This document shows positions 11,014 to 23,925 of a DNA stretch of 64,000 bases, in pieces. A program made the translations under genes and the position numbers. The stretch spans positions 1 through 64,000 of the forward strand of contig NW_021832270.1 in the NCBI RefSeq assembly GCF_006345805.1. The letters are read 5' to 3'. The notes under the pieces are model-generated. The model was not told the origin of the DNA and did no database searches. It saw only the letters and a program-made list of their open reading frames with translations. Within the stretch, counting starts at the first letter, position 1. Every line of letters begins with the position of its first letter. Source of the stretch: Octopus sinensis (taxonomy: Eukaryota).

Positions 11014-12924
11014 TACGAAAAGACATAAATCAAATGCTTACAAGCACCGATGGAAAAAAGCCGAACTAAAAATCATGAGTACATATAAGTACCCCAGATA
11101 TATCTAAATATAAAATCCTTTGGTCAGCTTCAGCACACGTGTGAACTGTTCCCCACTACAGCTTATAGTGGTTACCAGTCCCTATAGCAAATAGTGATAA
11201 GTCTACTACTAATATAGGATGAAGCTTTTTTACAGAAAATTTCATCAGAAAATGTGGCAATACATACATATATATATATATATACATACATATACATACA
11301 TATACATATATATACAATGTATATATATATACATACATATGCATACATATACATATATATACAATGGGCTTCTTTTCAGTTTCCGTCTACCAAATACACT
11401 CACAAGGTTTTGGTCGGCCTGAGGCTATAGCAGAAGACACTTGCCCAAGGTGCCACGCAGTGGGACTGAACCCAGAACCATGTGGTTGGTAAGCAAGCTA
11501 CTTACCACACATTCACTCCTGAAGTTGATTTTGCCTTTTGACTTTGGGGGGAGGTGGGGTTGATAAAATAAGCACCAGTCAAAGATTTGAAGATGATGTA
11601 ATTGACTAGTCATCCCCCCACCTGCCCACAATTTCAGGCCTTGTGTCTATAGTAGAAAGGGATTATTATTTTTGTTGTTGTTGTTAGTTTACTACTTTGA
11701 CTCTTTTCTTTTCTCTACCAGTGTCCTTACAATTATCAACCATTCAGTGCCCCAGCTTCCTTGGCTGCTAGTCGTGAGAACCTCTTGGAGAATCGAAATA
11801 ACCCCAACACTGCTGGACAAATAGCAGTGGAACAGAGCCGGGTAGCCCACCCTGGTAAGTTGCAATGCTTTTGTTACTGAATCAATCACAGGTTAATGAC
11901 TAAAGTGAATGAATTAATAAATAAGAAAGAATGAAGGAAGGAAAGAAGGAAGGAAGGTAAAAGAAGGTGCTGTTAAAAGTAAAAAGAACCCCCATACGCT
12001 ATTTCTTTTAAGTCTTAATGTTTTGAGTTCAAATCTTGCTGAGTTCAACTTTGACTTTTGTCCTTTCGGGGGTTGATAAATTAAAGCACTAAGTCAGATA
12101 CTGGGGCCAGTGCAGTCAACTAGTCCCACTTCCCTGCAAACATTATTAGTGTTGTGCCTTAATCAGAAACGATTATTATTATCATCATCATCATCACACT
12201 GGACGAAATGCTTTGCGGCATTTTGTCTGCTTTTACATTCTGAGTTCCTACTCTGCCAAGGTTGACTTTGCCTGTCAACCTTCCACGGTTGATAAATTAA
12301 GTACCAGTGAAACACTGGGGTCTATGTAATTAACTGGTTCCCTGAACCCAAATTTCAGGCCTTGTAGAAAGGGGTGTCATCGTCATCGCCGTTACCGTCG
12401 CCGCCATTTTCATTATTGAGTGAGAGAGCCAGTGCATGCCATCAAAGTGACACTGGGGTAAAATATACGAAGCCCAGTATACCCATCATGACTACCCGTC
12501 TGGTGATAAGGGTACACTAGGCACATGCATCACAACCATATCTGCGCAACATGGTGATCTTATATCCAGATAAACAGCACATGACCTTGCAGGTGGGGCC
12601 CAGTTAGAATTTTCTTCTGGTCGAGTAACCCATCCTGCTCAAAAGGTCCCTGAATAAGGATTAAGGATGTTGAACGAACCACCCATGTTTCCAAAGATGA
12701 ATTATCCAAACCTCTAAAAATTTCTTTCAACACACGGCTATGATGCTTCTCCTCTGCTTCTGCTCATGATTAGATATGCACATATTGTCGGCCACTAAGG
12801 GACATGGTCAACTGGTTGAGGTCAAACAACTGACAAGCAAATCTGTGGTATTGAGCAGAATATTTGCTGTAGCCCATCTTGTATACCAAGACAAAACAAT
12901 GTACATCATTATTATTATTATTAA

Positions 12925-13405
12925 GATACGTAAAAAGCACTATCCGACTCGTGGCCGTGGCACGTAAAATACTCCAATGCGACCGTACGACAGGCACCCA
13001 TGCCAACCCCCTTTGCTTGTGAAGACATGTTGGGGCAAGCGAAATCGAAATCGAAATTGAATTGAACCAGCCAGGATCCCTGGTCTGGTGGTACGTAAAA
13101 AGCACTATCCGACTCGTGGCCGATGCCAGCACCGCCTCGACTGGCTTCCGTGCCGGTGGCACATAAAATATACCAATCTGACCGTGGCCGTTGCCAGCCT
13201 TGCCTGGCACCTGTGCAGGTGGCACGTAAAAAGCACCCACTACACTCACGGAGTGGTTGGCGTTAGGAAGGGCATCCAGCTGTAGAAACATTGCCAGATT
13301 AGACTGGAGCCTGGTGCAGCCTTCTGGCTTCCCAGAACCCCGGTCGAACAGTCCAACCCATGCTAGCATGGAGAACGGACGTTAAACGATGATGATGATG
13401 ATGAT
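12925..13405 (+). mobile_element. SINE-like element, family B, ending in a (GAT)n tail
   Basis: ggtggcacgtaaaaagcacccactacactc..ggagtggttggcgttaggaagggcatccagc...ccatgctagcatgga..cggacgttaaacgatgatgat. Other copies lie at 15145, 23445 (-), 33728 (-) and 44715. Confidence 0.8.
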
Positions 13406-15144
13406 GAAGATAGTGAGCTAGCTGAATCATTTGCCTGTCAAGGCAAAATGCTTTATGATATTTCTTCCAGCCCATTACATTCTGGGTTCACATCCTGCCA
13501 ATGTTAAATCTGCTTTTCATCCTTGTTACCTCAATTAAATTAAAGTACCAGATGAGTACAGTGGTTGATGTAATCCACTCCCTAACTCCTCTTAAAATCA
13601 ATGACATTGTGCCAAAATTAAAAAGAATTCTCATCACTATTATGCCAAAAAAATGTACCAATATGTACCAATGATGGTTAGTGGCTGCAACAAAAATCTA
13701 TGGCTAAAGTTTGCAAAATTGTCTGAGTTTGTGTGATACGAGGGCACCACTTCATCAATGACAGCATCAGCAGCAGCAGGCTGGTATCAAAAGGGTTAAG
13801 GTAGAGCCCTCAGCAAAGCTGTAGTCCAAAGACTGAAACAAAAGAATTAAGAAGAAAAGATAGCTGCCAGAGATGATGTGGGTTCTCACCAACCATTCTA
13901 CTTGATTTTGTAAACTGGAACCAATAATTAGTGTGTAGATGATGAATGGACTTCTGCACACTCATTGTATCAGTCTTAGAGGGAGGAATGGTATAGAATA
14001 GACATTAAAATGGACATCGATGATGCCAGAATTCTTCATAGGAATCAATTCTTACTGATTCCCTGCGCCTTCTTCTTCCTTCTTTTCTTTCTTTTGTTTT
14101 TGCTAATTAGTTTTACTTGATTGTTTTATTTGTATATTTACGTTTTGAATTTTTTTAACAATGTTTTTTTTTGTTGTTTTTTTTTTTGTTTTGATATGGA
14201 AGATACTGGTGTGAGAAAAAAATATAGGCTGTTATGTCACATAATTATTATTTATAGGAATTTTTGGTTATTAAAACTGATCGCTATGATTTTCAGTGAT
14301 GCCATTGAAAAGTCCAGGGGTAATCCGGGTTAAGTCTGCATTAAGTTGGTAAGACGGTATCCTGGCAATTAATTAATGATATCTAGGTTGGACATTAGCA
14401 AAAAAAAAACAAAAGACGTAAATATCTCCACAAAAAGTCAAAACAAAATTTTAAAAAATTAATAAAATATGAAAATGAAAACAAGAAAAAGTTCGAAATG
14501 TCGATAAGACAAAGTGTAAAGTCAATCAATGCATTAAATGCTGTGGAGGAAGAGGAAGAAATCTAATTCGATATTTCTGGCTGTGGCTCTTTGTCAAAAA
14601 AAAAAAGGAGGAGGGAGAAGGTGAAACAAATAAAAGGAAAACGAAAATAGAAGGATAAAACAGAATTAATGGAAGAAACAAAAGATGTGTTTTTGTTTAC
14701 GAGTTTTACCATGCTGTGATGGTAAACAGGAAATAGTGGAACGAAGAATTTTTTTTCTAGATGAGCAACGAGTAAAAAGTTAGGGAAGCAAGCAAGACGA
14801 GAGAGTGTGGGAGATGAAGATGGTGTGCTGGAACACGTGTATGCATAAGATAAATTTGTGTGTGTGTGTGGGGTGGATGAATCTGTGTGTGAGTGTAATG
14901 AATTGTGTGTGGGCAAGGTGGCATGATGATGATGATGATCGTGATTGTTTCACTTTCACTATCCCATGTTTTCATGCGTTGGATGGAAATCATTAAGGGG
15001 AATTTAATATGGCCAGATGACCTTACTATCAGCAACTCTCCTTCTCAAACAGTGTAATATTTTCTTCCGTGACTGGACACGTCTACATGGACATTTGGAA
15101 GTGGACAAGACTGCTTGTATGTTGCTGTCATTTATTTATATAGC

Positions 15145-15490
15145 ATGAGATGTGGCCGTTTGCCAGCTCTGTCTGGCCCCGTGTCGGTGGCACGTAAAAG
15201 CACCATCCGTTCGTGTCCGTTGCCAGCATCTCCTGGCCCCGTGCCGGTGACACGTAAAAGCACCATCCGTTCGTGGCCGTTTGCCAGCTCTGTCTGGCAC
15301 CTGTGCGGGTGGCACGTAAAAAACACCAACTACACTCACGGAGTGGTTGGCGTTAGGAAGGGCATCCAGCCGTAGAAACACTGCCAGATCTGACTGGGCC
15401 TGACGAAGCCTTCCAGCTTCATAGACCCCAGTTGAACCGTCCAACCCATGCTAGCATGGAAAGCGGACGCTAAATGATGATGATGATGAT
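15145..15490 (+). mobile_element. Family B SINE-like element with (GAT)n tail
   Basis: Same body and tail as 12925-13405, with internal sub-repeats. Confidence 0.8.
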
Positions 15491-15529
15491 GAGATATTGA
15501 GACAAGGAGACACACACAGACTCACATAT

Positions 15530-15880
15530 GTGAAGGTAAAGACCCCCTTCGGTCATGAATGACCATGGCATTGCACCTAGGAAGTTGCCCTCCCAGGCAC
15601 AAATCCAGGCAAGGTTGTTTATGGAAGACCAGCAGTCACCTATTCAAAACCAGCTTCCCCTCTTCATGCCACTGATGTTATCGAAGGGAAAACAATAAGC
15701 CAATACAGCTTGGCACCTGTGACATCGCAACTCATTTCTAGAGCTGAGTGAACTGGAGCAACATGAAATAAAGTGTCTTGCTCAAGAACACAACATCCAG
15801 CCTGATCCAGGAATCGAACTCACTACCTCATGATTGTGAATCTGATGCTCTTAACCATTGAGTCATGTGCCTTTACTATA
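15530..15880 (-). mobile_element. tRNA-derived SINE, family D
   Basis: Reverse complement of a tRNA-like head (ggaatcgaactcac...ttaaccattgagtcatgtgcc). The body gacccccttcggtcatgaatgacc is shared with 38515-38765 and the head with 21958-22135. Confidence 0.75.
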
Positions 15881-17440
15881 GAGAGAGAAGAGCTTAATCA
15901 AGTAAATGAATACCTTTCTGTAAACCACTCCCTCGCTTTCCTCCTATTCTCCTTCTATTCTTTTCTCTCCCTTCTCCCTCCTCTCACCCTTCTTCCTCCT
16001 TCTCTCTCCCTTCTCCCTCCTTCTCTCTCCCTCCTTCTCTCTCCCTTCTCCCTCCTTCTTCCCTCTTCTCCCTCCTTCTCTCCCTTTCTCCCTCCTCTCA
16101 CCCTTCTTCCTCCTCCTCTCTCCCTCCATTCTCCCTTTTCTCTCTCCTTTCTCCCTCCTTCTCTCTTCTTTCTCCCTCCTCTCTCCCTTCTCCCTCCTTT
16201 GCCCCTCTTCTCCCTCCTCCTCTCCCTTTCTCCCCACTTCTCCCTCCCTCTCTCTCCCTTCTCCTTCCTCCTCTCTCCCTTCTCCCTCCTTCCTCCTCTC
16301 TCCCTTCTCCCTCCTTCTCCCTTGATCCATGACTGAATCCAAAAGCATTGACATCTCCCTTGCTTCACAATTATAAATGCATTGACTTGATAATATTATC
16401 TGTGTTCTTTTTTTTTTTTGTTTTCTTGTTGATGTCCTACCTGGGTATTAATTATTTAGCAGGGTGTCATGTTATTAACCGTTCTTTTAAGAGATGCTTA
16501 CTTTGGTGAGGTTTTTTTTTTTACCTTTTGACATGGTTCGGAAAATTTTTTCTTATTAAATTATAATTTTTTCAAGATAATGGTAAGATGTATTGGCACG
16601 GCTTCCTTCTGTAAATATATTTATATAGTTTATACTGCATTCACACACACACACACACAGACACACACACACACAGACGCATACACACACACATGTATAC
16701 ACATACCTATATACATATACACACATATATACATATATATAGACACATGTATACATACATACATACATACATACACATATACACACACACATACAAATGT
16801 ACATATAGACATATGCTATCATATATATATTATATATATATATATATAGATGGATAGAGAGTGAGTGAGCCTATATATATATATATACTGCATTTGTGTG
16901 AATATATTGGATATATATTTTGTATATATATATGTGTAATGCAAATATATATCTTTAAATATTGCACCAAAGTGAGTACACATGTTACTATATTGTTATT
17001 TGTGTATATTTTAACCCCTCCTCCTTCTTGCCATCCCACCCCACTACTCCTGAAAGTGGGAGATGGAGGAGGAGGAAGAAGAGGAGGGACTAGGCCAATG
17101 GAGGTTTCTGGAACAGAGATATGTCTAAACTCACATGATTTATCATCTCTTACCCTTTCCATCAGCTCCTTGACCTCATTCTGGATTCTTGCCCAATCTC
17201 TCTTCCATTAGGTTTGTATCGCTATTCGAATTCCCTCTTGACCGGCATCTTGAAACTTATCATCGGCACGGCACCGGGTATTAACCACTGGCGAGCCAAC
17301 AGCCGGAGCCATCTTCTCAATGGCTGCTCGACTTGCTTGAAATAGCAGCCAGCTTTTACCCTACAGTGGCTGTGTGGTTAAGTAACCTGCTTTCCACAAC
17401 CATGTGATTTCAAGTTCAGTACTACAGAATGTTATCAGAA

Positions 17441-17860
17441 AGGCGGTGAGCTGGCAGAATCATTAGCACGCTGGGCGAAATGCTTTGCAGTATTTCGTCT
17501 GCCACTGCGTTCTGAGTTCAAATTCCACCGAGGTTGACTTTGCCTTTCATCCTCTAGGGATTGATTAAATAAGTACCAGTTACGCACTGGGGTCGATATA
17601 ATTGACTTAATCCATTTGTCTGTTCTTGTTTGTCCTCTCTGTGTTTAGCCCCTTGTGGGTAGTAAAGAAATAGGTATTTTTCCTGTTGCTACGTTCTGAA
17701 TTCAAATTCCGCCGAGGTTGACTTTGCCTTTCATCCTTTCGGGGTCGATTAACTAAGTACCAGTCACGCACTGGGGTCGATATAATTGACTTAATCCATT
17801 TGTCTGTCCTTGTTTGTCCCCTCTATGTGTAGCTCCTTGTGGGTAGTAAAGAAATAAGAA
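17441..17860 (+). mobile_element. Head-to-tail family A SINE dimer (full plus 5'-truncated) with one TSD, nested in another SINE head
   Basis: TSD agaatgttatc at 17426-17436 and 17857-17867; the second monomer starts at about 17673 through a ggtatt microhomology. Confidence 0.85.
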
Positions 17861-18249
17861 TGTTATCTTGAGCAAGGGTCATGAAACGACTGTTAGCCTT
17901 CATACACAAATAAAGAAATTCTATCCACCGATGCAGTATTGAGCACTCATTCTCATCATTTGACTTTTACATATGTATGTATATATATAAACATACACAC
18001 ACACACGTATGCATATAAACACACACATAGCCATAGCAACATATGCATCTGCATGTATGTTTGTTTGTGTGTTAGTTTATATTTGTGCTTCTGAAAATCC
18101 CTACCTGTAAGTGGTGATATTGTTGTCGTTTTCACCTGTCAACAAACCATCCACCCACCCATCCATCCACTGGCTTTGTGTCTTCAAAGTTTGGAATTAG
18201 AGATCTTTTACTTGATAAGCAGTTAAGGTTCAGCTACAAGGTACACACA

Positions 18250-18282
<33 letters not shown>

Positions 18283-19413
18283 ATAAGACATTGCGTATGT
18301 GCTCCTGTGGCCATATGCCATGCTTTGCACACACACACACACACATTTTCACACATACACCCTTTCACACAAACACCCTTTCACACATACACCCTTTCAC
18401 ACATACACCCTTTCACCCAAACACCCTTTCACACATACACCCTTTCACACATACACCCTTTCACACAAACACACTTTCACGCACACACACGTTCACACTC
18501 TCACACACACACATATATTCACATTCACACACACTTTCACACATATGCACTATGGGGGTGTGGTGGCAGGTAAGGAAGGAAAATGGTAGTGAGGCATTTT
18601 ATTGTATTTTATTGCCTCAATATATATATATATACACACATATATATATACACTCAGTATCTTTCATAACATTTCTTTTTAATTCAAAGTTATTATTACT
18701 AATATTAAAATTAATAAAACATCAAAAAAAAAAAAACATCTCTGTTTAAAAAAAACAAAACCAACAAAACACACAGCTTTTTGAGTTTCATAATAACAAC
18801 AAATATATGTCTAATAATTTTGCCTGATCCGAGATGTTGTTTCCACAGAAATTGTTGTTGCTTTTGTATTTTAATGTTATTTTGCTGTCAGTTTTGGGTG
18901 TAATTCCAGTATTTACATGCATTTTCATTTATTTCTTTACTATTTTTATTTCTGAATGCACAAGCTATTGGTGATCGCTATGGTTTTATTTTTCTGTTTA
19001 CTTTTTTTTCCTTACATTTTATTTAATTTTTCTCCTTATTCCTATTACTGTTTTTTCCTCACGTCTTTTTGCTTACGGTGGTGTAAATATGGAGGTGTCT
19101 GCATTATATTTTTTAATGGTGATGGCTGTGGTAGTATCGGTGCTGAAACTAGTGGTGGTAAACTTTGCAAAAGCTATGGTTTTCAGTGTGTTTTGGTGTT
19201 TAGTGGTTCTAGTGTGAAGGTAGCGAGAGAGTGAGACTTATTAATGAAAAATGTTCGTAGCATCTTACTGTTGCTGTAGAAAATATACAAAATGGTGAGA
19301 ATTTACATCACAAGATTCCCAAAATTCATTTGTAACCAAGGGTTACATATGCATACATATGTGTATTAATACATGTTTAGTCTCACACTTGTGTACATAT
19401 ATATATATATATA

Positions 19414-19589
19414 CTTTATTTAAATGCAGCAGAAAATTCAACAAAACCTGTTACTCTGAGTTTCACGTTCCCGTTCGTCGGACAGTTTTGCTAGAAAAAA
19501 AAGATCTCTTTTTCTAGCAAAAACTGTCCAACGAACATGAAACTCAGAGTAACAGGTTTTGTTGAATTTTCTGCTGCTTTTAAATAAAG
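19414..19589. mobile_element. About 176-bp palindromic element, Penelope-like inverted pLTR-type structure, followed by a unique tail to about 19660
   Basis: ctttatttaaatgcagcagaaaattcaacaaaacctgttactctgagtttca is mirrored at 19535-19589. The tail catattactctacc... recurs at about 32225 and 37345. Confidence 0.7.
19443..19489 (-). ncRNA. Minimal type I hammerhead ribozyme-like motif, U4C core variant
   Basis: Minus strand reads AAAACUGU-CCGACGA-ACG-GGAA-CGU-GAAA-CUCAGAG-UA-ACAGGUUUU, with all stems pairing. The mirror arm has a decayed copy. Confidence 0.65.
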
Positions 19590-19658
19590 CATATTACTCT
19601 ACCCCTGGTATTTGAGTACTCTTTTTTCCACCTTGTTTCACATTTATGTGTTTACTCC

Positions 19659-19709
<51 letters not shown>

Positions 19710-19825
19710 TTTCGATTAGGGGTTGTGTTAACCTCGTGAAGGGATGGTTTCATCCAAAGGAATACTGGTTCAATACCTAGTATTTTGGGGGAATTAATTT
19801 CTTTAAAAGAATAGTTATATGTATA

Positions 19826-20206
19826 TCTCTCTCTATATAAACGGCAGTTTGTCTGTGCGTTTTCTGTGTCTATTTTCTCGTACCCTCACTCTGACCACGG
19901 CTTTCAACCGATTCTGATGAAACTTGACACACACATAGCCCAATGTCATAATTCAAAACTAACGCAGCGAAAATTTTGAAAAGTTCCCCCAGTTCTGAAA
20001 AAAATCGATAAATTCGACATGGGGTCGAGAATCAGAAACACAAACCGCAAACTGTCTAGGGGACGCAACTCCACCTTTTTTTACTCTCAAAAAAAATTTA
20101 CCATAATTTTTTTCCATTTTTTTGCTATTTTTTGGCTATAACTCTCTAAAAATGCTTTATAGTTATTTCCCTTACAAACCTGAGCAACGCCGGGCGATAC
20201 TGCTAG
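19826..20206 (+). mobile_element. Non-autonomous Helitron
   Basis: A|TC 5' end and CTAG|T 3' end, a GC-rich subterminal motif gagcaacgccgggcgatactgctag, no TSD; the 3' end is shared with 56244-56643. Confidence 0.8.
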
Positions 20207-20289
20207 TATATATATAAACATATTGTTTATATTTATATAAAAGAAGAGAAAGAAAATGGAGATTGGGATGTTAATAATTGTTTATTATT

Positions 20290-20615
20290 AGCAGTAAATG
20301 AAACAGTTTGTCATGACAAGTTTTGCGCAGGTCTGGGCTAGATGTAAATTCTGGATAATCCAGTTGTCAGGATTCCTCTCTTGACCTTGCTGACATAGCC
20401 CAAAGGCGTGCAGAGTATTACGTTTGGCACCAGCTTGGTTGCAGAAGCTGCCGGAAGAGTGTCGAGTCAAGCACTAAACTGCCTACTGGGCTCCACTCCA
20501 TATTTCTTTGAAGATTGTCTCCTTTCTGTAACCCTGGATAGGGGGCCCATACCGGGTACTATCAGCCGGAGTCAGCTGAGCCCGGGACTCTTGTCAGGCA
20601 GGGTTGTCACTCCCT
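20290..20615 (-). mobile_element. Possible 5' UTR fragment of an RTE-like non-LTR retrotransposon
   Basis: GC-rich non-repetitive block. The minus-strand motif gcagcttctgcaaccaagctggtgccaaacg..ctctgcacgcctttgg resembles RTE 5' UTRs, from recall only. Confidence 0.3.
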
Positions 20616-20619
20616 GAAA

Positions 20620-20935
20620 TTTTGGCACATGAAGAAAAAAGTGAACAACTATGATGAACTGAAGTGGGAAATATGCAGGTTGTGGGCAGTGAAGAAACTG
20701 GATGTGATATCAATAGTGATTGGCGTGGCTGGAAGTATCAGTGCCCAACTACCAACATGGCTCAAAAAGATTGGGATGAATGTGAAAATAGAACACCTAC
20801 AAAGATCATCATGGCTTGAAACTGCAAGAATTCTTCGCAGGGTTCTTGAAGCATGACCTGTAAACAAGTGTCCCCTTAGTCTGCTGGCTGTGGGCAGCTG
20901 ACAATTTCCATCATACCCAGCAAAAAAATAAAGCT
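20620..20935 (+). pseudogene. R4/Dong-clade LINE 3' fragment (C-terminus of restriction-like endonuclease plus 3' UTR)
   Basis: KVNNYDELKWEICRLWAVKKLDVISIVIGVAGSIS...LQRSSWLETARILRRVL* fits the K..KY..L..EI.RLW...PVVIG.LG...LQK..LL.TA.ILR signature. Confidence 0.8.
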
Positions 20936-21957
20936 GAGATTTTTTTTTAATGTTATGATAAAAATTATAACCGTTTCAAATTTTGGCAGCAGGCCCACAA
21001 TTTTAAGGGGAAGAAGTTAGTAATGCAGTCCACCCCAGTATCTGTTTGATGCTTTTTGTTGGCCCCTGAGGGATAAAAAGCAAAGTTGATCTTGGCAGGT
21101 TTGAAATCAGAACATGAGGAACTGGAACCAATGCAATTAAACCTTTTTTTCCCCCCAGTGCTCTAGCTATTCTGGCACCATGTTGATGATGATGATGATA
21201 ATGGTGCTGGTGGTAGTGGTGTTGTACTTGACTATGCAGGCTCACATTGTGTGAGGAAAGTATGTCCAATTTTATTGGACTCCTTACCCCTATACTTGGC
21301 TGGTACACATTTTTATTGACCCTAGAAGGGAAAGAAAACTCAGGATAATATGAAACCTGTAGCAGGATGCTCAGTTTTTTTACAATGTTCTAATGATCTT
21401 GTGAATAATAGTTATAAATGATAATTATTCTTCTCACAGTAAATTAAACACTGAAAGATTCGTTTTGTATAACGAATGACCAATTTTGTCCAAATTAATT
21501 GCAATATCTCACTGATTCACCGTGATGACATAATATGCTATCATCATTGTCACTGTCATCATCATCATCATTATCACTGTCATCATTATCATCATCATCA
21601 TTATCACTGTCATCATTATCGTCATCATCATCATCATCTTTATCATTCTTTTCATCATCACCATTGTCACTACCCTCATCACAATAATCATCATCATCAT
21701 CATCATCATTGTCATGCTTACTGTTTTCATCATCATTTTATCATAATTGTCTTTATTGTCGTCATCATCATCATCATTGTCATCCTTCCTGTCATCATCT
21801 TCATTATGGTGGTATTTACTTTGTTTTGCTTTTTGTCTTGTCTTCCATTTGAGCATATGGCTTGGTAGACCAGCAACAGTGGATCTCCGTGCATCCTGAC
21901 CATACGTGATATTACTGTAAATTTATGGCATTTAATCTGGTCATATTGGGCCCAAGT

Positions 21958-22135
21958 GAAGGCACATGGCTCAGTGGTTAGAGCATTGAGCTTATGATTG
22001 TGAGGTTGTGAGTTTGATTCTTGGACTGTGAGTTTGATTCTTGTGTTCTGGAGCCAGACACTTTATTTCATGTTGCTCCAGTTCACTCAGCCGTAGAAAT
22101 GAGTTGTGATGTCACTGGTGCCAGGCTGAAAAAGT
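21958..22135 (+). mobile_element. tRNA-derived SINE, family D, 5' part
   Basis: ggcacatggctcagtggttagagcattg...gagtttgattc (A and B boxes) followed by tttatttcatgttgctccagttcactcagc. Confidence 0.7.
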
Positions 22136-22879
22136 AAGCACTGGTGTCAATTTGTACAATTAAATTCTTTGAGGCAGTGCTCCAGCATGGCTGTGGTCCA
22201 CTGACTGACATGAGTAAAACATCAAAGATGTGTGTGGGTGTGTATATATACTCACACACACACACATGCATACATATATCAAATAAGGCATTTAGTAACA
22301 GACCGTCGTTAGTGCCTCAACTTAAAAACCGAGAAAAACAGTCAAAGTTTTCTGAGTTTCAGAGTGCTATATCTCGGCAAAGAATGAAGTTAGGAAGCTG
22401 ATTTTGGTCTTGAAACGACCGTGAAGACCTCTTCTAATCATTCCACCTATGGAAAATTATTTATTTATGTATGCATCTGAAAGATGGAACAATGACTTAT
22501 ATCTTTCTCATTTTGTAGAATATATCAGTTCTATGAAACAGTGTATCACATTGCTTACTTTAGCCATAATACTTAGAAAAAACATACAGAGACCCCACAA
22601 AGGTATCGTTTATGTTTTAGTATACCAGGGTGAATATCTTTAAGAGGTAAGGAAGACAAGATAGTAAGATAATAGCCCATTATCATTACGATGGTAACGA
22701 GGAATATTGAAAAATTAGCCATAACACCTTGAAAATTGATACAAGGACCATACCAAAGTTATTGATTTAGTGCATGTGCATACGATGGTCTATTACTAAA
22801 CTCTCTGGTCTGAGTTTGGGTGAGTAAGCATCATGTCAATAGTGTCAAGGTCCAATATTTTCCAGCCAGATTTTCGACC

Positions 22880-23066
22880 TTAACCCTTTTGTTACTGTAA
22901 TAACAAAGAATATAGTAAAGTAACTTAGTTATCATTCAGCTAGTGTTAGGAACATAAATTGTGACTAAAGTTTGGTGGTATATTTTAATGCAAAACTTAT
23001 GAAAACAAGATATTTGTACTGCAGAGCCAGAGCCGTTTTTGACCGGGTTGGTAACAAAAGGGTTAA
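22880..23066. mobile_element. piggyBac-like MITE
   Basis: TTAA|cccttttgttac ... gtaacaaaaggg|TTAA: TTAA TSD, CCC/GGG termini and 12-bp perfect TIRs. Confidence 0.85.
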
Positions 23067-23444
23067 ATACGAAATGAATACATGTCAGACAAACATTGGT
23101 TCTTCTTCGCAATTTTTTTCGGATTCTAGACATCGAGACAAAGAAAATGATATACTAACCTCGAAAATGGCTGGGGGATGGCGCTTACGACACTCTGTTA
23201 CTAAATTCCTCAAATACCAAGCAGTGGAGTTTACTTGAACTTTGAATACGCAGACAAGTATTCTGAAACTCTGTCCACTCATCCATTTCACAAGAAGTGA
23301 ACTTGAACAATTTCTCCTGTTCTCATGTCTGTGGTGCATTGAAAATAACAATAATAATAATAATAATAATGATAATAATAATAATAATAATATAATAATA
23401 ATAATAATAATGATAATAATAATAATAATAATAGTAATCACCAT

Positions 23445-23925
23445 CATCATCATTTAGCGTCTGCTTTCCATGCTAGCATGGGTTGGACGGTTCAACTGGG
23501 GTCTGGGAAGCCGGAAGGCTGCACCAGGCCCAGTCTGATCTGGCAATGTTTCTACGGCTGGATGCCCTTCCTAACGCCAACCACTCCGTGAGTGTAGTGG
23601 GTGCTTTTTATGTGCCACTGGCACAGGTGCCAGATGGGGCTGGCAAACGGCTACGATCGGATGGTGCTTTTTCCGGGCCACCGGCACGGGGGCCAGGTGA
23701 AGCTGGCAAACGGCCACGATCGGATGGTGCTTTTTACGTGTCACCGGCACGGGGGCCAGGCGAGGCTGGCAACGGCCACGATCGGATGGTGCTTTTTACG
23801 TGCCACCGGCACAGGGGCCAGGTGAGGCTGGCAAACGGCCACGATCGGATAGTGCTTTTTACGTGCCGCCGGCACTGGTATCATAGCTACAATTTCCATT
23901 GATGTTGATCGATTTCGATTTTGAT
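23445..23925 (-). mobile_element. Family B SINE-like element with about 4 internal sub-repeats
   Basis: (CAT)n followed by ttagcgtctgctttccatgctagcatggg...ggatgcccttcctaacgccaaccac, then repeated ggcaaacggccacgatcggatggtgc. Confidence 0.8.

Noticed and set aside
11225-11255. CUGAUGA on the minus strand
   Set aside because: No downstream stem II or GAAA.
17213-17278. Possible 66-nt exon (GLYRYSNSLLTGILKLIIGTAP)
   Set aside because: The acceptor is plausible but the donor (GTATTA) is weak, the peptide is unrecognised, and it adjoins repeat-derived sequence.
19910-19925. CTGATGAAAC inside the Helitron
   Set aside because: No room for stem II, so it is a chance match.
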